DNA of 64,000 nucleotides from an uncultured Clostridia bacterium (GTDB lineage: Bacteria; Bacillota; Clostridia; Oscillospirales; UBA644), in the NCBI GenBank assembly GCA_947305805.1, contig CAMZEM010000002.1, positions 220 through 64,219 on the forward strand, in the 5' to 3' direction. Below the pieces are notes generated by a model, which saw nothing but the letters and a program-made list of their open reading frames with translations, made no database searches and was not told the origin of the DNA. Positions 33,676 to 41,558 of this stretch are shown in pieces. Made by a program: the position numbers and the translations under genes. The first letter of the stretch is position 1; the number at the start of each line of letters is the position of its first letter.

Positions 33676-34218
33676 TTACGGGAAAATTGTATACATAAAT
33701 ACGTCGGAAAGCTTTGATTTGTCAACGTTCAGTCTAACATATTTTTCAAGCAGCGCCTCTTTTTTCATTCCCGCTTTTTCAAGTACTTTTACTGAAGGCG
33801 CGTTTTCAACGGCGCAGAGCGACTGAATACGCTCAAAGCCGAGAGACGAAAAACCGTAGTTTATCATCGCTTTTGCCGCCTCGGTGGCGTAGCCCATATT
33901 TCTGTATTTCTTTACGATCCAGAATCCGAGATCGGCGCGCGCATGAAGCGGATATATATCGTGAAAGCAGATCATTCCGACGGGCGTTTTATCCGAGCGT
34001 CGTTCGACGGTCCAGTCAAAATATATGCCTTTTTCGTATTTCTTAAAGATTTTTGCGAGAAAATCGACGGTGTCTTCATACGTCCTGTGCGGTTCCCAGA
34101 ATTCGTAACGGGAAGTTTCCGGGTCGGAAAGAGTGTTGTAAAAAACAACGTCCTCCGGCTTTACTTTGCGCATAACGAGACTGTCTGTTTTAATTTCGGG
34201 AAATGCGCTTCTGAACAT
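33676..34218 (-). CDS. GNAT family N-acetyltransferase (RimJ/RimL-like)
   Basis: Start moved to the ATG at 34218 (MFRSAFPEIKT), 11 nt after the upstream stop. WIVKKYRNMGYATEAAKAMINYGF is the acetyl-CoA motif. Confidence 0.75.
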   Translation of the reverse strand: MFRSAFPEIKTDSLVMRKVKPEDVVFYNTLSDPETSRYEFWEPHRTYEDTVDFLAKIFKKYEKGIYFDWTVERRSDKTPVGMICFHDIYPLHARADLGFWIVKKYRNMGYATEAAKAMINYGFSSLGFERIQSLCAVENAPSVKVLEKAGMKKEALLEKYVRLNVDKSKLSDVFMYTIFP

Positions 34219-34229
34219 TTTTAAACCTT

Positions 34230-34859
34230 CTATTCCTCTTTCATTTTGCCTACAATCAGCTCTTTTGCATACGGCAAAGTCTCTATCCAGGCGGCATATT
34301 CGTGCCACTCGTCAAGCTTGTGGTTTTTTCTTAAAGCGTACATGCCTATAAGATTTTCGTAATTCATCGTGCAGGTGCGCATCTGATTGTAGCTTGACGG
34401 CAAAAACTGAATTATATCGTACCAGTATTTTTTATCTTTGTTTTCAAGATATTTCAGACGCAGTTTTTCGAGATATTCAATATTTTTGTCAAGCATTTCA
34501 AGAGTTTCGGGAGTCATCTTGTCGTGCGAAAAATCGTCCCGTGAAAACTCTTTCGAATGTATTTTATGCATTGTGCTCGTTGAATTTGCAACGGTACCTA
34601 CTTTATACGTGTCAAACTCTTTCCACCAGTAAAGCGGCGCGGTTATATCAACCGAAACGAATACCTGCCTTAAAAATTTTCTGTGCGTACTGCCTGCCGA
34701 AGCGAGACGGACGGCAAAATCGAGGTCTGCGGGACCTAAAACGAATTTACCCGATTCATCATAGTAGCTGTCGCTTTTCGCCCAGCTGTTCATCGGATTT
34801 CTCGCGCCTCTTATTGCGTTGTCAAAATTCATTACGGACGTTCTTTCAAGTTTTATCAT
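34230..34859 (-). CDS. ThyX-fold (Thy1-like) protein lacking the RHR-x7-S ThyX motif
   Basis: 209 aa. VFVSVDITAPLYWWKEF aligns with ThyX VFTFHVKAPIFVARQWF, and LPSSYNQMRTCTMNYENLIGMYALR aligns with [25 protein letters not shown]. The position of RHRIASYNELS is occupied by DTYKVGTVANS. GGAGG lies 9 nt upstream, inside addA. Confidence 0.55.
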   Translation of the reverse strand: MIKLERTSVMNFDNAIRGARNPMNSWAKSDSYYDESGKFVLGPADLDFAVRLASAGSTHRKFLRQVFVSVDITAPLYWWKEFDTYKVGTVANSTSTMHKIHSKEFSRDDFSHDKMTPETLEMLDKNIEYLEKLRLKYLENKDKKYWYDIIQFLPSSYNQMRTCTMNYENLIGMYALRKNHKLDEWHEYAAWIETLPYAKELIVGKMKEE

Positions 34860-37800
34860 TTTCTCTTCCTCCGTTTAATTCGATTTTAATTGCCTGTGAA
34901 AGACAAAAAGACCACAGATATATTTCTTTTACGGGTTTTGCAAAGCTCTTTTCTGCCGCCAGAGCGTAATATTCAAGCTGTTTACCGTATCTGTTTATCA
35001 GTTCTTCGCGCGACGCCCTGTCGGTTTTATAGTCTATAACCATCAGCCCGTCGGCATACTCGCAAAGCACGTCGATTGCGCCCTGAAGTATAATCTCGCC
35101 GTTTCCGTCCGCATCGCAAGAATACTCTTTTGCGGGAATACGGCAAACAAAATACTCTTCTTTTCTTACTGTTTCGGCGGACATCATATTTGCAAACAGC
35201 GCGCTGTCTTTAAACGCCTCCGCCTTTTTACGGTTTTTGCGTATTACTTCCGCCTGATTTTCGGCGATAAACTTTTCATTTAAAAGACGTGAAATCTCTT
35301 CTTCAACGGGAAGAGAAAGATCTGCAAGCGAGAAGAAAAGATGCATTGCCGTGCCTGCCTGCGCGCCGGTAAGTTCTCCGCTTTCCGTCAGAAAAGCGGG
35401 CGGACGCATATCGGTGCCGCCTTCCGGCAGCGGTTTTACAAGCTCTTCGCTGTCTTCGGACGCAAGTTTGTTTTTTACAAGCTCCGTAACGCTGATTTTT
35501 GCGGGAATGCGGGCGGTTTTTTCGGAAGGAAGACATCTGCGGATTATTTCTTCGGGAGAAATCGGTATTTCAATACCTTCTTCACCGTATTCTCCGCCCG
35601 TGTATTCGGGAAGATCCTCGTTAATAAAAACGTCTATCGGTTCGCGGCCGGGATTTGCAACGTCCGAAAAATCCGTAATCAGTCCTCTGCACATCGGGTG
35701 GCACGTTAAACAGCTTAAAAGCAGTTCTTCGGGCGTTGACGCGTCAAACGTCTTTAACGGGTTTACTTTTCCGTTCTCGCAGAAAAGAGACTCGGCAAGA
35801 AATCTGTTTTCATCGTATTTTTTGCCGCCCGAAACGAGAATAAGCTTTTCCTTTGCGCGGGTAAACGCAACGTATAATATTCTCAGCGTTTCGGAAAGCT
35901 CTTTTCTCTTCTTTCTGCGCGATACAAGCTCGTGCATAAAGGTGGTCTGTTCAAAAACCATCTCTCTGTCGCGCATTTTCGTGGCAAGTCCTGCGTTTAT
36001 ATCTATAATGAGCGGCGACGTAAGCGAACTGTAATTAAAGCTTTTGTTCAGCTGCGGGAGAAAGACTATCGGGAATTCAAGTCCCTTTGACGCGTGAACG
36101 GTCATTATTTTAACAAAATTGCCCGACGGCATACCGTCGTTTGTTTTTACGCTTCCCGTTTCAACTGCGTTTTCGGTGAATTTAATAAATTCGTAGAGCG
36201 TTCCGCCTCTGCTGTCCGAAAAAGATCGTGAAAACGCGTAAAAAATATTCAGTCTTTCTTTTTTAAGATATCCGAGCGGCATAGTTGACACGAAAGACGG
36301 ATACCCCGTGCGATCGTAAATTTCGAGCACAAGACTGTGGACGGGAAGATTTCTCGCAAGAAGACGCATTTTTGAAAAGAGCGATAAAAACTCTTTTGCA
36401 TGGGCATCTTCTTTTGCAGCCTCCGTAAGATTGGAGTAAAGCGGAGCGGATTTATCCAATAAACGTATTTTTGCGGCTTCTTCCGCGGAAAAACCGCCTA
36501 TCGGCGAAAACATCGATGCAAAAAGCGAAAGATCGTCGTAAGGATTGTCTATCGCTTTCATAAAAGCGAATACGGTTGAAGTTTCGGGCGCGTCAAGAAA
36601 CGTTCCTCCGCCCGAGCCGTAACACGGCACTCCCTCTTCGAAAAATATGCGTTCGTAATGCGGGAGGTTTGCGCGGTCTCTGACAATAATTGCAAAATCG
36701 GAAAAATCGGCTTTTCTTTCGTGGGACGAAAGAGTAACCCCGTCTTTTATCAGCTGTTTGATTTTTCTTGCGCAGAATCTTGCCTGTGTTTCATAGTTGC
36801 TCTCGTCTTCGCTGTCTTTAAGAAGGTGAAGCTCAACGTCCGCTCCGTCATTTTCGGGATATTCCGCCCCGGGGTTGAGCGCTTCGCTCTCTCCGTATTC
36901 CATTTCGCCCGTGCGGACGGAAAAAAGGCGTTCAAACACAAAATTGCAGAAATCGAGAATTCCCTTGCGGCTCCTGAAATTGCTGTTCAGGTAAATAACG
37001 GGGAAAGCGCCGAGTTTTTTTGCGAAATTATCGGGGTTTGCCTGGCGGAACATATAAATGCTCTGCTTTATATCTCCGACGGCAAAACAGTTGTTTCTCG
37101 ATATTGAAGTAAAAAAACAGTCCTGCAAATCGTTTACGTCCTGATATTCGTCTATCAGTATTTCGTCGAAAGACTCCGCAAGCTTTTCAGCGTATTCCGT
37201 AGGCTTCGGACGCCCGTCTTCGTCGGTTTTAACCGTGAGGTCAAGCGCAAAATGAGCAATTGCGTCAAAAGAATATGCGTTTCTGCGCTTCATTTCGGCG
37301 TTTACAAGTGCAATGTATTCAAGAGTTATATCTATCAGCGCAAAAACGCCCTGTCTTACCTCGTCAAGATCTGAGCGCAGTATATCGCCGGTCATTGAAA
37401 AAACCGGTTTTGCGATAAATGTTTTTAATTTGTTGCGGTACGTTTTGTATTTCTGCTTCGTTCTGTCGTCTGCGGCGCACGTGGGACTTGTTTTGAATGT
37501 AAAGCCGCTTATTTTTTTCTGCGCTCCGTCCCAGTCGTTTTTTTCGAGAAGAGAAACGACTGACGATAAGAAATCCGCTTCTTCTTCAACGGTTTCGGCG
37601 CCTTTGCCCGTAAACGGAGCTTCGTTTACGATTTCTCTGTAAATTTCAAGATATTCCTTAAAGTCCGGAAGGAATTCCCCGCACGCGCCGCAAAGCCATT
37701 TTTCGGGATTTGAATATTCCGTTTTCTGCTCATCCGCCCATTTTTCGGGAAATGGGAGCGACTGCAAAAAAGTATAAAGCGTGTTTATCTGTTTTGAAAG

Positions 37801-38289
37801 CTCTTCATTCTGGCCTTCTCCGCCGAAAAGACGAAGAAGTTCCGCAAAACCTACGGGAAAATCCTTATAGCGCTGTTCGAGAACCGAGCTTAAAACATCC
37901 GACCTGATAAATCCGTACTCGGCGTCGTCGAGCATGCGGAAATCGGGGGAAATGCCGAGCGTTTTGAAGTTTTCACGGACTATTTCCCCGAAAAAACTGT
38001 CTATCGTTGAAATTCTGGCTTTGTAAAGCAGCAGTTTCTGACGGCGAAGCGATTCTTTGTTTTCAAATTTGGCTTCCGATAAGAGTTTGCCTATTCTTTC
38101 GCGCATCTCGCTTGCCGCAAGCCTGGTAAAGGTAACTACGAGCAGTCTGTCAAGACTTCCGCCGCCGGCGGCATACTCAACCACTCTGTTTGTAAGTACG
38201 GTGGTTTTTCCGGATCCCGCAGCCGCGCTTACAAGCAGATTTCCGTTTCTTTGATGAATAGCTCTGTTTTGTTCTTCCGTCCAGCTCAT
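34846..38289 (-). CDS. addA: ATP-dependent helicase/nuclease subunit A (AddA)
   Basis: 1147 aa. UvrD-type helicase motifs (AAAGSGKTTVL, DEYQDVN, VHASKGLEFP) and a C-terminal PD-(D/E)xK nuclease (GAIDVL...VIDYKTD). Confidence 0.9.
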   Translation of the reverse strand: MSWTEEQNRAIHQRNGNLLVSAAAGSGKTTVLTNRVVEYAAGGGSLDRLLVVTFTRLAASEMRERIGKLLSEAKFENKESLRRQKLLLYKARISTIDSFFGEIVRENFKTLGISPDFRMLDDAEYGFIRSDVLSSVLEQRYKDFPVGFAELLRLFGGEGQNEELSKQINTLYTFLQSLPFPEKWADEQKTEYSNPEKWLCGACGEFLPDFKEYLEIYREIVNEAPFTGKGAETVEEEADFLSSVVSLLEKNDWDGAQKKISGFTFKTSPTCAADDRTKQKYKTYRNKLKTFIAKPVFSMTGDILRSDLDEVRQGVFALIDITLEYIALVNAEMKRRNAYSFDAIAHFALDLTVKTDEDGRPKPTEYAEKLAESFDEILIDEYQDVNDLQDCFFTSISRNNCFAVGDIKQSIYMFRQANPDNFAKKLGAFPVIYLNSNFRSRKGILDFCNFVFERLFSVRTGEMEYGESEALNPGAEYPENDGADVELHLLKDSEDESNYETQARFCARKIKQLIKDGVTLSSHERKADFSDFAIIVRDRANLPHYERIFFEEGVPCYGSGGGTFLDAPETSTVFAFMKAIDNPYDDLSLFASMFSPIGGFSAEEAAKIRLLDKSAPLYSNLTEAAKEDAHAKEFLSLFSKMRLLARNLPVHSLVLEIYDRTGYPSFVSTMPLGYLKKERLNIFYAFSRSFSDSRGGTLYEFIKFTENAVETGSVKTNDGMPSGNFVKIMTVHASKGLEFPIVFLPQLNKSFNYSSLTSPLIIDINAGLATKMRDREMVFEQTTFMHELVSRRKKRKELSETLRILYVAFTRAKEKLILVSGGKKYDENRFLAESLFCENGKVNPLKTFDASTPEELLLSCLTCHPMCRGLITDFSDVANPGREPIDVFINEDLPEYTGGEYGEEGIEIPISPEEIIRRCLPSEKTARIPAKISVTELVKNKLASEDSEELVKPLPEGGTDMRPPAFLTESGELTGAQAGTAMHLFFSLADLSLPVEEEISRLLNEKFIAENQAEVIRKNRKKAEAFKDSALFANMMSAETVRKEEYFVCRIPAKEYSCDADGNGEIILQGAIDVLCEYADGLMVIDYKTDRASREELINRYGKQLEYYALAAEKSFAKPVKEIYLWSFCLSQAIKIELNGGRENDKT

Positions 38290-38318
38290 TTTTTACCCGT
38301 GATACCTTTTCAGGCGTA

Positions 38319-41300
38319 TTATGTTTCTTCGCCGTCTATTTTGCCGAAAATATTGTCAAGTCCTATTTTCTCCATGCCTCTGCCCATACCGTTGTAAAAG
38401 CAGAAGCTGTTGTAAACGCAGTATTCGCAACCGTCTTTTTTTCTCGTTTTTATGGGGTTTTTGTCGGTGTTTCCGCTGAGAAGCGAGGTTGCCATATCTT
38501 TAAGCAGCTTTTTAATGTGTGAAAAAAGCTTGCCGAATTCCTCCTCCGTAACGAGAGGAGGGGAGGACTGTTTGAGCTTTACGGGAATGTATTTGCCGCC
38601 AAGCCCGTTTTCCATGGCGTTTAAAACGGCGGTGTTGTTTAAAAACAGTCCCGAACGCGGATGCTTTTTCCAGAGTTCCTCTTCCGCCTCGGCGTAGCCC
38701 TCGTTCTTTTTTATCGCAACGATTTTCGGATTTGCGCCTACGTACATACATCCCGCAGGCGTTGTTTTTCCGTAAAGCGAAACTCCGTTTTCGGAAAGCG
38801 CATAAAGATACATAAGCATCTGAACGTCAAGTCCGTAATAAACGTATTGAAGATCAAACGTTTTGCTTCCGCTTTTATAGTCTGCAATGCGTATGTATTT
38901 CCGTCCGTCTTTTTCGAATACGTCTACTCTGTCGGCAATGCCCACAAGGCAGACCGAGCCGTTTTCAATCGGGATTTCCACGGGTTTGACCTTGCCGTTG
39001 AAGCCGATTTCTACTTCGAAACCTACCGGAACGAATTTGGACTGTTCAAACTCATCGCGAAACATTTCAAGCAGACGCGTGGCTTTCTGAACGAGTCTTG
39101 CGTAATATGTCATAAATCCCGCAGGCGGCGCTGCGTTTCCGAAAAGCGAAAGAAGGTATTCGGACGACAGCCTTTGAGTCATTGCCCTTATTTCTTCGTT
39201 GCTGCCCAGCCCTTCCGCGATGGCGTGCTGTAAAATGAAATGCATGTAGTTGCCCGTTTCGAGCGCTCCGAGAAGATCGTCTCTTGTCTTTCTCAGCTTC
39301 AGACCGTATTCGCAGAAATACGAAAAACCGCATTCGTAGTATTTTGCAACTCTCGATGCGGAAAGCCGCATATTCTTTCCGAAAAGATTTGCCGCGGTTT
39401 CTTTTTCGAGCCGTGTGCTTTCGGAAACGTGCATAAACCGTCCGTATTCCGTAGTTTCAAGATAATCTTTAAGCTTTTCGGAACCGAACCTCGCGTAAAT
39501 ATCAAATGCCGAAGAAACGTTCTGAATTCTTTCGGCTATCATTTGCGGATCGTTTTCCGAAAGCGGCCGGATAACTTCAATGTCCGGGAAAATGCGCTTG
39601 ATCTCCGTAACTGCGCTTGAAGGCCGTGTCTGTCCCGAAGAAGCGGACGGATACGAAACAAAAAGCTTTTCCGTGGGTGAGGTCAACGCTTTATACGAAA
39701 GGTACTGTTCATGTATTAGTTTTTCTTCCTCGGTTTTTCCGAGAGAAATATCGTATTTTTCAAGCAGCGCCCTGTCGCTGTCGTCAAAAAGCGAAAAACC
39801 GCTGTCCGTACGTGGAAACGTTCCGTCGGAAAGACCGAAAACAAAGGTGACTTTCCGTCTGTTTAACGGAACCGAATCTATGCTGCCGGCAGTTACTTCG
39901 TTTACCGCAGTGGGAATAATACCTATATCGTTTTCTTCAACAACCGCAAAAAGCAGTTCTCTGAATTCCTGCAGCGATACGGTATCTCCGCCCGCAACGG
40001 AAACAAGCTCGTCAAGAGCGTTTATTATAAGGTTGTAAATCTGTTTTTGCTGCTCAAAAAGAGCATCTTCGCCGCTTAATGCATAATCTTCTGCGGCAAC
40101 GTCAAGGGCATCTTTCAGCGATATCGAAATATAAAAATCATAAAGCGCTTTTGATATCTTTTTTATGTCTCCGTCCTCGGCAGCTTCTCTGAACGACTCT
40201 GCTCTTGAAACGACGTATCTTCTTACGCCGTTTATTTTTTCAAGCGTTTCGGCGCTGCGGTCATCGGAGGACAGTGTGAAATCCGAAAGAAAACCGTTAT
40301 ATGATATCCGCCATTTTTCTATGTATCTTTCAAACAGCGCAACGTCGTTTTCGTCAGGCGAGGTAAGCCCGGTTTTTAAAAATGCGAGCACGTGCTCGCG
40401 CCTGTATCCTTCGCAGACAATCGAAAAAAGAGCGTCTGTGAGCGAACAGAGCGGTTTTATGCGCAAAGGCACTCTTCTGTGGCAGAAAAGCGGAACTCCG
40501 TATTTTGCGAAAGTGGGTTCGAGAACGGGGGCGTACGTATCGCTGTCACGCATTATTATCGTAAAATCGCCGTAACGGTATCCTCCGTCCCTTACGAGAG
40601 CGGCGATTTTTGCCGCCGCCATATCCGCCTCGTCCGCAATATCGGCTGCATTGTAAACGGAAATGTTTTCGGGCGGGCAGTCTGCAACCCCGTCTCTGTA
40701 AAGACAGTTTTCCAGCGCCGCCAGGTCTTTCGCTCTTCCGCTGTCCGGTTCCAGAGTAACGGTTTCGAATTCAAGGCCGTTTTTTATCGCTTTTGCCCTG
40801 AAAGACGCGGCATTGTCCGATATTACCGAGAAAAGCGAATATTTAGGCTCGTTGAGCGAAGGCGCGGGGAACGATACGCAGACGTTTGCCCCCGCTTTTG
40901 CAAGAGCGAGCAAAACTTCGGTTTCGGAATAAAGAAAAACCGAGAATTTATCGCATATAATATCGCAGTCTTTAAAAAGACCGAAAGACTCTATATCTTT
41001 TGCAAGCACGCCCAGACGGTTATCTTTTTCGAAGCTTCCTTCTTCCAGAAGCGCACGGTATGCCGAAACAAAAAGTGAAATATCGTGAAGTTTTAAGTTT
41101 TGCTCAATCTGAGCCGCGCGCATAAGGTCTTCGGCGGAAAGGCCGCTTATCTCCATTTCCGTAATTGCTCCGGAAACAAGCGATATAAACGAATACGAGC
41201 GCACGTTTTCGGGGTAGTATCTGAGCAGAGGGCCCACTTCGGAAACGGCTTTGAGAATAAGCGCGTTTTTCCCGCCCTCTCCGATAAATTCGTGACGGAG

Positions 41301-41540
41301 CGGACCTGTTGCGGAAAAAGTAAGATTTGCGAGTCTTTTGAAGGACAGCACCGAAATTCTGCGCATGGCCTTTTCCCCGAACAGTTCAAGGAAACGGCGC
41401 TCCGTTTCGAACGTATACTGTTCGGGTACTATGACTGTTATTTTTTTGCCGTTTTCGGGTCTTTTTAAAAGTCCCGCAATCTTTTCTTCAACAAATTCCT
41501 TCCGTTTCAGATCGGAAAGGCCGAGAATCAGCTTGTTCAT
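38319..41540 (-). CDS. addB: helicase-exonuclease AddAB subunit B (AddB)
   Basis: 1073 aa. Degenerate N-terminal P-loop (VPEQYTFETER family layout), C-terminal RecB-like nuclease (IADRVD...IADYKSG) and Fe-S cysteines (YYECGFSYFC ... DGCEYCVYNSFC). Confidence 0.85.
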   Translation of the reverse strand: MNKLILGLSDLKRKEFVEEKIAGLLKRPENGKKITVIVPEQYTFETERRFLELFGEKAMRRISVLSFKRLANLTFSATGPLRHEFIGEGGKNALILKAVSEVGPLLRYYPENVRSYSFISLVSGAITEMEISGLSAEDLMRAAQIEQNLKLHDISLFVSAYRALLEEGSFEKDNRLGVLAKDIESFGLFKDCDIICDKFSVFLYSETEVLLALAKAGANVCVSFPAPSLNEPKYSLFSVISDNAASFRAKAIKNGLEFETVTLEPDSGRAKDLAALENCLYRDGVADCPPENISVYNAADIADEADMAAAKIAALVRDGGYRYGDFTIIMRDSDTYAPVLEPTFAKYGVPLFCHRRVPLRIKPLCSLTDALFSIVCEGYRREHVLAFLKTGLTSPDENDVALFERYIEKWRISYNGFLSDFTLSSDDRSAETLEKINGVRRYVVSRAESFREAAEDGDIKKISKALYDFYISISLKDALDVAAEDYALSGEDALFEQQKQIYNLIINALDELVSVAGGDTVSLQEFRELLFAVVEENDIGIIPTAVNEVTAGSIDSVPLNRRKVTFVFGLSDGTFPRTDSGFSLFDDSDRALLEKYDISLGKTEEEKLIHEQYLSYKALTSPTEKLFVSYPSASSGQTRPSSAVTEIKRIFPDIEVIRPLSENDPQMIAERIQNVSSAFDIYARFGSEKLKDYLETTEYGRFMHVSESTRLEKETAANLFGKNMRLSASRVAKYYECGFSYFCEYGLKLRKTRDDLLGALETGNYMHFILQHAIAEGLGSNEEIRAMTQRLSSEYLLSLFGNAAPPAGFMTYYARLVQKATRLLEMFRDEFEQSKFVPVGFEVEIGFNGKVKPVEIPIENGSVCLVGIADRVDVFEKDGRKYIRIADYKSGSKTFDLQYVYYGLDVQMLMYLYALSENGVSLYGKTTPAGCMYVGANPKIVAIKKNEGYAEAEEELWKKHPRSGLFLNNTAVLNAMENGLGGKYIPVKLKQSSPPLVTEEEFGKLFSHIKKLLKDMATSLLSGNTDKNPIKTRKKDGCEYCVYNSFCFYNGMGRGMEKIGLDNIFGKIDGEET

Positions 41541-41558
41541 TTGAAATCAGTTAACTGT

